A stretch of 64,000 nt of DNA from an uncultured Gemmatimonadales bacterium (GTDB taxonomy: Bacteria > Gemmatimonadota > Gemmatimonadetes > Gemmatimonadales > GWC2-71-9). This document shows positions 22,469-32,194 of the stretch, piece by piece. How positions within the stretch are numbered: the first letter of the stretch is position 1; each line of letters begins with the position of its first letter. The position numbers were made by a program, and so were the translations under genes. The DNA is taken from the NCBI GenBank assembly GCA_963821525.1, contig CAWGED010000005.1, forward strand, positions 384,001 through 448,000, read 5' to 3'. The notes beneath the pieces are model-generated. The model saw only the letters and a program-made list of their open reading frames with translations. It was not told the origin of the DNA and ran no database searches.

Positions 22469-23065
22469 ATGATGGAAGCGAAACGCGACGACTACGCCAT
22501 CTCGACCGACCCGGCCCGGTTCGACCTCGATGTGATACACGGATACCTCACGCGCTCCTACTGGGCCGAAGGGATCTCGCGGGAGCTGGTCGCACGGTCC
22601 ATCGCCAACTCGCTCTGCTTCGGCATTTACCACGGTGAGAAACAGGTCGGCTTCGCCCGGATGATCACCGACAAGACCACCTTCGGCTATCTGGCCGACG
22701 TGTTCGTGCTGGAGGAATACCGGGGCAGGGGACTATCCAAGTGGCTCATGGAGGTCATCATGGCTCACCCTGAGCTGCAAGGCTTTCGCCGTTGGCTACT
22801 GGCCACCCGCAGCGCGCACGGCCTCTACAAACAATTCGGCTTTGATCTCCTGGCGCATCCCGAGAACATGATGGAGATCGTGCGGGCGGGACTGTATGCG
22901 GACGGGCGGACGAGAAGCGGCGGACGAAAAGCGGCGGACGAAAAGCGGCGGACCGGCGGACGGGAGAGCGGCGGACGAAGCGGCGGACGAAAGGCGGCGG
23001 ACCGGCGGACGGTTGACGGTTGGTTGAAGATGTGGTGGAATCTTCCGCGGTATGATGCCTTATGA
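22469..23065 (+). CDS. GNAT N-acetyltransferase, C-terminus extended through a repeat array
   Basis: 'QVGFARMITD..FGYLADVFVLEEYRGRGLSK..LLATRSAHGLYKQFGF'. Confidence 0.88.
   Translation: MMEAKRDDYAISTDPARFDLDVIHGYLTRSYWAEGISRELVARSIANSLCFGIYHGEKQVGFARMITDKTTFGYLADVFVLEEYRGRGLSKWLMEVIMAHPELQGFRRWLLATRSAHGLYKQFGFDLLAHPENMMEIVRAGLYADGRTRSGGRKAADEKRRTGGRESGGRSGGRKAADRRTVDGWLKMWWNLPRYDAL
22898..23013 (+). repeat. Array of GGCGGAC-core repeats (left arm)
   Basis: About ten GGCGGAC(G/C) copies with variable A/G-rich spacers. Confidence 0.9.
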
Positions 23066-23417
23066 GAAGCGGGATGCCTGGAAGCGTTGCCACGAACTGG
23101 TCCTTGCCGTGTATGCCGCGACCCAGGCTTGGCCGCGCTCCGAGTTGTACGGTCTCACCTCGCAAGTGCGGCGGGCGGCAGTATCCGCGGCGACCAACAT
23201 TGCCGAGGGTGCTGCCAAACGAGGACCCCGTGAGTTCCGCCGATATCTGGACATTTCGCTGGGATCTCTCTCAGAGGTCAGCTATCTGCTCCGTCTGGCC
23301 AGGGAACTGGGGTACTCAAGTGACGAGGCTGCCACGAAGCTTGAGATTACCCGAACGAGAGCCAGCAGAGTGACATGGCAGCTGTATTCATCGATGAAAC
23401 CATCCGGCGCACCCTAG
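23052..23417 (+). CDS. Four helix bundle protein (23S rRNA IVS protein / Avd-like family)
   Basis: 'AWKRCHELVLAVYAAT..WPRSELYGLTSQVRRAAVSAATNIAEG...EFRRYLDISLGSLSEV'. Confidence 0.92.
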   Translation: MMPYEKRDAWKRCHELVLAVYAATQAWPRSELYGLTSQVRRAAVSAATNIAEGAAKRGPREFRRYLDISLGSLSEVSYLLRLARELGYSSDEAATKLEITRTRASRVTWQLYSSMKPSGAP

Positions 23418-23422
23418 AAACC

Positions 23423-23578
23423 ACCGTCCGCCGGTCCGCCGTTCGTCCGCCGTTCTTGTCCGCCGTTGTCCGCCGTCTTGTCCGCCGGTCCGTCGTTTGT
23501 CCGCCGTCTTGTCCGCCGTTGTCTCGTCCGCCGTTGTTGTCCGCCCGTCCGCCGCGTTTCGTCCGCCGGTCCGTCGTC
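23423..23578 (-). repeat. Array of GTCCGCC repeats (right arm, inverted relative to 22898-23013)
   Basis: More than ten GTCCGCC copies with T-rich spacers; innermost 19 bp is a perfect inverted repeat of 22995-23013. Confidence 0.9.
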
Positions 23579-23579
23579 C

Positions 23580-24380
23580 TCACTGCGCCGCAAGCACCGC
23601 CACGATCCTGAGCGGGCCACCGCTGCCTCCCTTGATCTTCATCGGCAGCGCGATCACGAATGCCCCGGTGTCCGGCACCTGATCCAGGTGCGCGACATTC
23701 TCGAAGCCGGGGATGTTTGCGGCAAAGAGAATCTGGTGGGTGTCGAAGGTCTTCGACTGGCCGTAGTCGATACTCGGCGTGTCGATTCCAACCGCATCAA
23801 CCTTGCGTTCCACCAAGAGCCGTGCCGCCTCCGGATCGATTCCCGGGAAATGCAGCTCGGGAACAGCCTCGGGTCCGGTCTTGGTCGTACCCAGGTACTT
23901 GAGCCGGTCTGGCCAGCGGGATCCCCACCCGGTCCGCACCAGCACGATGGTTCCAGCCGGAATCCGTCCGTGCTCCTTCTCCCATTCGGTGATATCCGCC
24001 GGCTCAAACCGGTAATCGGGCGACGCTGCCGCCTTGGTCGAGACGTCGATCACCACTGCGGGACCGACCAGCTGATCCAGGGGGATCTGGTCGGTGGTAT
24101 GGTGTCCCGCCGCGAAATGAATCGGGGCATCGAGATGAGTGCCGCCATGTTCCGCGGCCGAGAAGTTGTTCGCCGCGTAGTAGTAGCCGCCTGGGGTTAC
24201 CTGGTCGGAGACCACTTCCAGGGTAAAGGGCTTCGCGGTGGGCCAGTAGATCGTCTCACTGGAGAAATCCCAGCTCAAGTCCACCCAGCGGCCAGTCGTG
24301 AGCCGGTCTGGGGTCGGCCGGGTTTGACAGGCGAGAATCCCCAGTCCGAGAACTGAGAGGCATAGAATCGGCGAGCGCAT
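23580..24380 (-). CDS. Cyclase family (kynurenine formamidase-like) lipoprotein
   Basis: 'HGGTHLDAPIHF', 'LVRTGW', 'GIDTPSID', 'ALPMKIKGGSGGPLR'. Confidence 0.9.
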   Translation of the reverse strand: MRSPILCLSVLGLGILACQTRPTPDRLTTGRWVDLSWDFSSETIYWPTAKPFTLEVVSDQVTPGGYYYAANNFSAAEHGGTHLDAPIHFAAGHHTTDQIPLDQLVGPAVVIDVSTKAAASPDYRFEPADITEWEKEHGRIPAGTIVLVRTGWGSRWPDRLKYLGTTKTGPEAVPELHFPGIDPEAARLLVERKVDAVGIDTPSIDYGQSKTFDTHQILFAANIPGFENVAHLDQVPDTGAFVIALPMKIKGGSGGPLRIVAVLAAQ

Positions 24381-24423
24381 GGGATCTCCTGCAGGCGAGA
24401 GGGCGGCAGTAGATTGCCTCCCT

Positions 24424-25407
24424 ATGACGCTCTCCACAAGCGGACTCTCCCGAACCGACCTCGAGTCGGCCGCGCGACTGGTTCGCGCCACCCTGGTGCC
24501 GACGCCGCAGATCTGCTGGCCGCTCCTCTCCGAGCGGGTCGGCGCCGAGGTGTGGGTCAAGCACGAGAACCATCTCCCCACGGGGGCATTCAAGGTTCGG
24601 GGAGGGGTGGTCTACCTCGATCACCTGCGAAGAAACCATCCCCATGTGCGCGGCGTGATCGGGGCGACGCGTGGCAATCACGGCCAAAGTATTGGCTTTG
24701 CCGCCAGGCGATCAGGTCTGGAGGCCACGATCGTGGTCCCCCACGGCAATGGCAGGGAGAAGAACATCGCGATGCGCGCACTCGGCGTCACCCTGATCGA
24801 ACACGGTGATGACTTCCAGGCGGCGCGGGAGCACTCGATCGAACTGGCCGAACGGAGCGGCCTTCACCTGGTCCCGGCCTGGGATCCCCTTCTGGTGCGC
24901 GGTGTCGCGAGCTATGCGCTGGAATGGTTCCGCGCGGTCGCCGATCTGGACACGGTGTATGTGCCGATCGGGATGGGATCAGGTATCTGCGGCGTGATCG
25001 CGGCGCGTGATGCCTTGGGACTGGGCACCACGGTCGTTGGAGTAGTGGCCGAGCTGGCGCCTGCGTATGCCCTGTCCTTCGCAAAGCGATCTGTGGTGAG
25101 CACGGAGACCTGCAACACGCTCGCCGATGGAATCGCCACACGGGTGCCACACCCGGATGCCCTCGCCATCATTCTCGAGGGCGCCGATCGGATCGTGACG
25201 GTGTCGGAAGAGGAGATCATGGACGCGATGCGCTGGTATTTCAGCGACACGCACAATATCGCGGAAGGTGCCGGCGCAGCCGGCCTCGCGGCTCTCATGC
25301 AAGAGCGTGAGGCCATGAAGGGAAAGCGGGTGGGTCTCGTACTTTCCGGCGGTAACGTTGACTCGGAGGCCTACATAGCGATTCTGGGAGCTAAACCGGA
25401 AGCTTAG
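24424..25407 (+). CDS. Threonine/serine dehydratase (PLP fold II)
   Basis: 'KHENHLPTGAFKVRGG', 'TRGNHG', 'PIGMGSG', 'SGGNVD'. Confidence 0.9.
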   Translation: MTLSTSGLSRTDLESAARLVRATLVPTPQICWPLLSERVGAEVWVKHENHLPTGAFKVRGGVVYLDHLRRNHPHVRGVIGATRGNHGQSIGFAARRSGLEATIVVPHGNGREKNIAMRALGVTLIEHGDDFQAAREHSIELAERSGLHLVPAWDPLLVRGVASYALEWFRAVADLDTVYVPIGMGSGICGVIAARDALGLGTTVVGVVAELAPAYALSFAKRSVVSTETCNTLADGIATRVPHPDALAIILEGADRIVTVSEEEIMDAMRWYFSDTHNIAEGAGAAGLAALMQEREAMKGKRVGLVLSGGNVDSEAYIAILGAKPEA

Positions 25408-25561
25408 GAGGGCGGCTGAAGCTCGCTGCGGGATGCGTCGGCAGAATGATCCGTTCCGCGGTTTCCTGGTTACCACTGCCGCGCGAATCGGAACGATGTT
25501 CTTTAATCGGGGGGGGACCCCCGGCGGGGGCCTCACCGAAGATCCCCACTGCAGCCTCCGG

Positions 25562-26149
25562 TTAGTGCAGCGTAATTCCCAGGCCGAGCTGAATGACGTT
25601 GAAGCTGGCGCCGTCGGCGGTCTTGACCCCGTCGGCGGTCAGGTCGCCGAGGCTGCCGTAGTTGAAGTTGAGCACCGGAGTCAGAGAAATCGTCGCCGCG
25701 ACCGGAAAGTCATATCCCACGCCGATGGTTGCTCCGACGCCGTAGCCTTCCACCGTTGGGAGCGGGCCTGAAGTCCGGAGCCCTGCCGCACCGATCCCGC
25801 CCCGGATGAAGAACCCTTCCTTCTTGGGATACCAGTAGAGCGCCACCGAGAGATTGCCCAACGCCTCGTCGGTATCGAGGTTGCTGTCGTGTTTGAACCA
25901 GCTGGTCCCTTCGACGCCGAGCAGCAGGTCCGGCCGCAGAACCCCGCCCAGCTTGAAGTAGCCGGAGAAGGCGCCTTCCCGGTCGTTGGAACCGCAGCCG
26001 TCACAGCTCACGTCCGCCGAGCCGTAGCCGCCGCCAAATCCGAACCAGAATCCCTTGTGGCGAGTCTCCTCTTCCTGCGCGAGGGTGATCCGGCTCGCCG
26101 CAAGCGCGAGCAGGAGCGTGAGGCAGAGAATCCGTGGCAGCGACCGCAT
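25562..26149 (-). CDS. Outer-membrane beta-barrel protein with CxxC (paralogue 1)
   Basis: Signal peptide, 'GFWFGFGGGYGS..SCDGC', amphipathic strands. Confidence 0.72.
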   Translation of the reverse strand: MRSLPRILCLTLLLALAASRITLAQEEETRHKGFWFGFGGGYGSADVSCDGCGSNDREGAFSGYFKLGGVLRPDLLLGVEGTSWFKHDSNLDTDEALGNLSVALYWYPKKEGFFIRGGIGAAGLRTSGPLPTVEGYGVGATIGVGYDFPVAATISLTPVLNFNYGSLGDLTADGVKTADGASFNVIQLGLGITLH

Positions 26150-26288
26150 ATGATCTCCGGGTCAATGGAGTTGAGATCGGGGCAGGCTCAAACCAATAGT
26201 AATTGACTCCGAGAATCGGGGACCGAGTGCCACACGGATGCCACCCGCTCGCCGCCAGAGTACTGCGCGGGAGCGGGTACATTGTGAG

Positions 26289-26879
26289 CTAGTATGCGCA
26301 AATGCTGAGCGCGAACTGAACCAGAGTCTGCTTCCATTTAGCCGGGAAGCTTTGGTTCTCGAAGCTCAGGTCGCCGACATCGCCGTAGGTGAGCGTCACC
26401 ACTGGGGTGATTGCGGTGTGGCTCCCAATCGGAATGTCATATCCCGCGCCGCCCATGAGGCCTAATCCGTACCCTTCCAGTTTGTCACTCCCATCAGAGG
26501 CCTCATATCCGGCGAAACCGACACCTCCCTTGAGGAACACCCCCGTCTTCCGGCTGGGATAGACGTAGATCGCCGCGGAGAGATTGCCGACGGTGTTGTC
26601 GACGCCGTCCATATTCTTGAACCAGCCGTTTGACTCGACACCGAGCAGCACTTGTTCACTCAGGGTCCCGCCCAGTCGAAGGAGGCCACTGACGCCACCT
26701 TCGGAGCTTGTACTTCCGCAGCCGTCGCAGCTCGGATGTACCGAGCCATAACCCAGGCCCCCGCCGATCCAGAAACCCTGGTGCACCCGGTGTTCCTCTG
26801 GGGCCTGGGCTTCGTCCTGGGCCCAGCCCCCCGTTGCACTGGCGAAGAGCGCAGCCAGCGCGAGATACGTGATACGCAT
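26289..26879 (-). CDS. Outer-membrane beta-barrel protein with CxxC (paralogue 2)
   Basis: 'GFWIGGGLGYGS..SCDGC', aligns by eye with the 25562-26149 protein. Confidence 0.72.
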   Translation of the reverse strand: MRITYLALAALFASATGGWAQDEAQAPEEHRVHQGFWIGGGLGYGSVHPSCDGCGSTSSEGGVSGLLRLGGTLSEQVLLGVESNGWFKNMDGVDNTVGNLSAAIYVYPSRKTGVFLKGGVGFAGYEASDGSDKLEGYGLGLMGGAGYDIPIGSHTAITPVVTLTYGDVGDLSFENQSFPAKWKQTLVQFALSICAY

Positions 26880-26990
26880 GGTTCGTCCTCCCTGACGGCC
26901 ACTGGTATTCGGGGGCCTGCTGCCCGGGCCGCGGGACAGCGAGGCGACCGAACCATGCCGGGGGAGGGTCAAGCAAGGATCAAGCGGGGT

Positions 26991-27082
26991 AGTGCCAGTA
27001 CCGAGTACCTAGTACAGAGTACCTAGACCGAGTACCGAGTACCCCTCTGTGCTAGGTACTCGTTACTAGGTACTAGGTACTG
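26991..27082. repeat. Inverted heptamer arrays AGTACC(G/T) / (A)GGTACT
   Basis: Seen directly; intergenic. Confidence 0.85.
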
Positions 27083-27085
27083 TAT

Positions 27086-27652
27086 TCAGTAGAACGTCAG
27101 TGCGAGCCCCAACTCGACCACCGTGTAGTTGAGGCCACTCGCCGGCGCTACACCGCCGGCTCCCGATGTCACCTTGAGCTGGCCGGGAGCGCCCCACCAC
27201 ACACCAGCCATCGGTGCGAGCGCGGTTCGTTTGCCCACCATCAAGTCATAGCCCACTGCGCCGGCGAGCCCTGGGCCGGCGCCCTTGAGGGTGGTTCCAC
27301 TCTGCCGGTACTGGTAGATCGAAAACCCGACGCCGCCCTTGAGAAACAGTCCCTTGCGATAGAGCGGGAACCAGCGTGCGGTGAGCGACCCGTTCCCGAT
27401 CAGCGTCTTAATGCCCTCGGCATCACGGAACCAGGCGCCAAACTCTCCGCCCACGAGGAGCTTCTGGTTGACGGTCCCTCCTACCGCCAGTGTGAGGGAA
27501 GGGCCCCAGGTGTCGATCGGGAGGCTGCATTGGTCGCAGGTGCGATGGGCCTGGGCGTACGCTCCCGACACGCCGAACCAGGTTCCTTCATGAACCCGGA
27601 CGGGTGCATACTGCTGGGCCAATGCCAGCGCGGGCAACAGGAGAAGTACCAC
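27086..27652 (-). CDS. Outer-membrane beta-barrel protein with CxxC (paralogue 3; start approximate)
   Basis: 'GTWFGVSGAY...TCDQC', C-terminal 'LGLALTFY'. Confidence 0.7.
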   Translation of the reverse strand: MVLLLLPALALAQQYAPVRVHEGTWFGVSGAYAQAHRTCDQCSLPIDTWGPSLTLAVGGTVNQKLLVGGEFGAWFRDAEGIKTLIGNGSLTARWFPLYRKGLFLKGGVGFSIYQYRQSGTTLKGAGPGLAGAVGYDLMVGKRTALAPMAGVWWGAPGQLKVTSGAGGVAPASGLNYTVVELGLALTFY

Positions 27653-27685
27653 GGCGAGACCGCATCGGAGGGCGATTCTCAGGAG

Positions 27686-29411
27686 TTAGAACTCCATCTG
27701 TTCCATCTTCCGCAGCCCCACCCGGAGCGGAACCAGGGTGGTGACGATGCAGATGACCGCCACCGCGCCCAGGGCGCCCACCATCGTCGGTGTGATGGCA
27801 ACCGGCTCTCCCGCGAGTTGTGCCCGCAGGTAGGTCATCACCGGCACCGCCTCGATCACGATCACGACGCCCAGCAGGACAATCGCGGACATCATGAAGA
27901 CCAGTCCGCCGAATCCGGTCGGGATCTGGGCCGCATTCTCGGTATCGAACTTGGGATAGAGCGCGCCGAGGCCCAGGGCGAGCGAGCTGATAGCGAGAGT
28001 GAGGAGCACCATGGTCCCCAGGCTAACCATCATCATGAACGGCGAAGCCTGGAGCAGCAGGTTGGTGGTGAACGTGATCGCGATGGCGAGGACGAGAAGG
28101 GGCACAGTCCCCGTCCAGTACTTGCTCCACAGCAGCGCGGACAGATCGAGCGGGCTCGAGCGCAAGAGCCACATCTGTTTCCCTTCCAGGGACACCGCGG
28201 GAAATACGAATCGCGCCGCAACCGCGGCGAGCACGAAGCCCGCGAGGCCCAGGTTGAGGAAAACCACCAGGCTCACCAGGAAGAATGACACTCGCTCGCC
28301 GGAGAAGAGCGGCAGCGATTTGATATTGAAGATGTAGACGACGAGGAGCACGCCAAGGAGAATCAGCTGGCTCCACTGAGTCGTATCCCGGAAAAAGACC
28401 CTGACATCCTTCAGAATGAATTCCCGGCGGGCCGGCGGCATCGCTCCTGCGATCGTATACAACACACTCGGCCACCGTCGGCCGCGCACGAACCGCTCCG
28501 GACTCTCCTGCGCCTTCGAGAAACCGTTGGAATACAGTTTCCAGTGCAGGATGGCTCCGAGCACCACGAACGCCGGCGCCGTGGTCCACAGCAGGACGAC
28601 CGGAAGCGGGTCGGCCACCCGGGTGAGCCAGTTCATGATGGTCGCCGTTGCCCATTCGCTCGGGAGAAACGGACTGGTCGGGGTGCGAAGGGCGCCCAGG
28701 TAGTCGAGCAGGTTGTTCATTCCCTCGGGACGCGCCAGCTGCTCCGGCCGGACCAGCCGGAGGAGCAGCACGAGTCCCCCTGCGGCGCCGATCGCGACCA
28801 GGCTCAGCAGATCGCGCGCGCGGCGAGCGGGGAAGACGTTGACGAGGATGAGTGTCACCGCCGGTTCCAACCACGCAGGGCAGCAGGAAGTACGGTACCA
28901 GCGCCGCCAGTACCACGATTGGGAATAGCGGTCCACCCCGGTAGACGATCCCATAGGCGGTGAAGATCGGCACCGCCATCAGCACCACCATCCAGGAAGA
29001 GTGCACCAGGGTCTCGCCCAGCTTGGCCAGATAGAGGCGCAGCCAATCCACGGGTGCCGCCACCAGCATGTCGAGATCCCGCGCCAGGAAATAGCTGGAC
29101 AGCGCGGTGATGAGATTGGACAGCAGCAACAGCGACGCGAAGGCGAGAAGGGTGACGCCGAGCAGTTTGGCGGCCAGGATGGTGCCGATTTCCTGCTCGG
29201 AGTGGATGTAGCGTAGCACTCGATAGAACACCCCGAAGACAGCGCTCCAGAAGCCGAGTCCGAGCAGGACCAGGAGCACGACCTTGCCGGTCCCCTCCGA
29301 CTTCTGTTCCCTGAGCCGCGCGAAGGTGGCCTGCCACTTCGGGCGGAGCACCGTCCGGAGCGTCGGCTGCACCGGTGCCGGTTTCGTCGTGCTACTGATC
29401 GAGGATGACAT
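27686..29411 (-). CDS. ABC-2-type permease (putative ABC exporter); frameshift near 28870
   Basis: Multi-TM, 'ILKDVRVFFRD', 'SLEGKQMWLLRSSP...SKYW'; adjacent ATPase. Confidence 0.82.
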
Positions 29412-30150
29412 CCAGCTCCCGCTCGTGAATTCCGCCGGTGAGCTTCAAGAACAGCTCCTCGAGACTCATGTCTCCCGAGGCGGTTTGCTGGCGAAGCTCC
29501 GCCATCGTTCCGCAGGCGACAATCTTGCCCTGCTGGATGATCCCGATGCGGTCGCACATCGCCTCGGCGACCTCCAGCGTGTGGGTGCTCATCAGCACGG
29601 TTCCGCCCCGATCGACGAACGCGCGGAAGAGATCCTTGAGGAAGCGAGCGCCTTTGGGATCGAGACCGACCATCGGTTCATCCACCACGATGGCCTCGGG
29701 GCGATGCAGCAGGGCGCTCGAGATGATCAGCTTCTGCCGCATGCCGTGGCTGTAGGACTCGACCAGCTCGTCCTTCCAATCGGATAGCTCGAAGAGCGCG
29801 AGCAATTCGTCCATCCGCCGCTCGATGGTCTCTCCGCTCTGCCCGTACAGCGCCGCTACGAAGCGGAGGAACTCGGCCCCGGTGAGTTTCTCATAGACAT
29901 AGGGACGGTCGGGGATGAAGCCGAGCCGGTGCTTGGCCTTGATCGGATGCTGGGCGAGATCGTCGCCGCCGATTTCGATTTTCCCCTCGGAGGGCTGGAG
30001 GATCCCGGCGATCATCCGCATGGTCGTGGTCTTCCCCGCGCCGTTGGGTCCGAGGAAACCGAAGAGTTCGCCGCGGGACACTTCGAGCGTCACGTCGTCC
30101 ACCGCGGTGAACGAGCCATAACGTTTGGTCAGGTTGGTGAGTCGAATCAT
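29392..30150 (-). CDS. ABC transporter ATP-binding protein
   Basis: 'GPNGAGKTT', 'YSHGMRQK', 'VDEP'. Confidence 0.95.
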   Translation of the reverse strand: MIRLTNLTKRYGSFTAVDDVTLEVSRGELFGFLGPNGAGKTTTMRMIAGILQPSEGKIEIGGDDLAQHPIKAKHRLGFIPDRPYVYEKLTGAEFLRFVAALYGQSGETIERRMDELLALFELSDWKDELVESYSHGMRQKLIISSALLHRPEAIVVDEPMVGLDPKGARFLKDLFRAFVDRGGTVLMSTHTLEVAEAMCDRIGIIQQGKIVACGTMAELRQQTASGDMSLEELFLKLTGGIHERELDVILDQ

Positions 30151-30166
30151 CCGCCCTAAGTCGGGT

Positions 30167-31697
30167 TCAAGGTTGTACCGCGGCCGTGTCCAGAACGGTC
30201 AGCTCGGTACGCCCGGCCAGGAGCATGAGGTCGAGGGGCCGGGCTGGGCGCTCGATGAGCAGTCGGAGCCGAGAAGCGTCTGCAGGCACTGTGCCGTTTT
30301 CGGGGTCGACCGGGATCCAGTCCCCGGCGAAGTACTCCACCCAGCCATTCGGGTAGAAACGACCCGATTCTTCCCTCAGGCCGGCCGCCAGCCTGGCCGG
30401 AACGCCCTGTGCCCGGAGCATGGAGACCAGCAGGATGAGTCGGTCGTTGCGGGTGCCGGTTCGCCGACCCAGAGTGCGCACCGCGCTCTGGCAACCGGGA
30501 CGACGCTCGATTCGCACGGCACGACTCACCCACTGTCCCAGCAGGCGTGCTTTCCGGGCGGAGGTCGGCGCATTCCGGACAATGTCCGCGGCACGCTGTT
30601 GTACTCTGGGATCATCGGAGCGAATCAGCGGAGTTGCCCGAAGCCACGGAGCCAGGGCTGCCGAATCTCCGACCTGAGCGCGGTTGGCAGTGTCGGCCCG
30701 AATCACGGTGATCGTATCCGCTTCCCGCTCCTGGGTCCCGCCGTCAACCCCAGGGGCGAATCCGGACAGATCGGCTCCCAGCAGCGCGATGCGCATCCGA
30801 TTGGTTCGGGTGTTCGTCGCGACAGGCGCAGTCTCGCTGATTCTGACGGCGCCAGTCGTGTCCCACCCTGGAGTTCCGCCATCGGCGCGGTAATTCGTAC
30901 TCACGACTTCAAATGCGGACTGTTCGACGAGCAGCCCGATCGGCCGCTCGATGCGCACTGTGATCCCGTGGGCATCCACCCAGCGTCGCGAGGGTAACCC
31001 GCCTTCCAGGCCGTCGAGTCGCCATGCCGGATGTCGTGTCTGCGTGTACCGTGACCCAGCGCGACGTGGTCGAATCGAACTCCGCGCTGTCCGGCACGAT
31101 GAAGGTTGATTCCGCCGCGACCCGGAACCGGGTGGAAGAAATCTCGGTCGTGGCTGGGTCGAACACGGTGGGAGTCAGGATCCGGCCGATCTTGCGGTTG
31201 TCCGCGTTGGCGAGCAGGAAGGGCACCGCCCCCGGCAACAGCAACGGCTCCGCGGGAGAAGCGACCGTGAGCGTCTCTACCGCGCCTCCAAGACCGTTGT
31301 AGATGGTGATGACACCCTCCTCGCCCAGGACGCCCGAGACCACACTCCTGCCGTCATCGGTGAGAAGATTGGTCTCCCAGCGCAACAGCCGCAGCGATTT
31401 CGAGTAGAGTGCTTCGGTCCGCAGGGTAGACCGGCGCACTGAACGGGTCGGTTGCGGCAGGTCGAGGGTGACGAGCTCATCGGTGCGGAGCCCTTCAACA
31501 AGCGTATCGATGGAGAGCGTGGCGAGTCCGACTTGCCGATCGCCGCGATACACTCCGAAGAACGCGGCACCCGGAGACATCGGCCAGGTGCGGATGATGA
31601 CGCCGGAGTGGATTCCAACCGTCCGGCGCTGAGCCAGCCACCCGAGCGCGCCGAACCAGACCAGCAGGATCAGTATCGCGACTGCTTTTCGACTCAT
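30167..31697 (-). CDS. Transglutaminase-like domain protein, probably inactive (frameshift near 31000)
   Basis: 'MLRAQGVPAR..GL', 'WVEY...WIPVDP'; catalytic Cys/His positions substituted. Confidence 0.72.
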
Positions 31698-32194
31698 GAG
31701 GCCTTTCCTACGACTGCCTCGACTACGGGAACCTCGTCGGCCCGCTCGACGACGATCTGAAGCTCCGCCGGATAGAGCGGAGCCGCCGGCCGGTCCCGGA
31801 AAGTTTCGGCGAGGAGGGCCGCTGCCTCTTCGATCGTCAGCGCTCCCGCGCTCGCGCCCACGAGGGGAGTGGCCACTCGGCCCAGCTGCCAGTCGCCCGC
31901 CCGCTGCCAGGCGGACACCAGCGCGCGTCGCACCGTGTCCCGTTCCACCGCGCGCTCCTCGCTCTGAATCACCACGTGGAGTACGAATTCGGCGGCAAGG
32001 TCTCCCGCCCCGGTGACAACGGCCGCCCCCACATCCAGCGGAGCCTGGACCCGGCGCAATGAGGAGAACCGCTCTCCAGCACGCTCATCGAGCCTGCCGG
32101 TGGCGGGAGTTATCGGGTCGAGAAGCTCGTTGGCAGGGCGGACGACAGCATCCACCGAAACGGCGGCGAGATCAGCAACGACGACCCGGATCAC
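31694..32194 (-). CDS. Macro domain protein (degenerate)
   Basis: 'IRVVVADL..VDAVVRPAN', 'GAAVVTGAGDLAAEFVLHVV'. Confidence 0.78.
   Translation of the reverse strand: MIRVVVADLAAVSVDAVVRPANELLDPITPATGRLDERAGERFSSLRRVQAPLDVGAAVVTGAGDLAAEFVLHVVIQSEERAVERDTVRRALVSAWQRAGDWQLGRVATPLVGASAGALTIEEAAALLAETFRDRPAAPLYPAELQIVVERADEVPVVEAVVGKAS

Noticed and set aside
22898..23578. CRISPR array or diversity-generating retroelement
   Set aside because: Repeats are 7-mers with very short spacers and no cas genes; no reverse transcriptase or TR/VR pair with adenine-specific mismatches in the window
25440..25555. Possible structured ncRNA between convergent genes
   Set aside because: Only short imperfect stems (CGTTCCG/CGGAACG, G/C runs); no recognisable family; likely terminator-type structure
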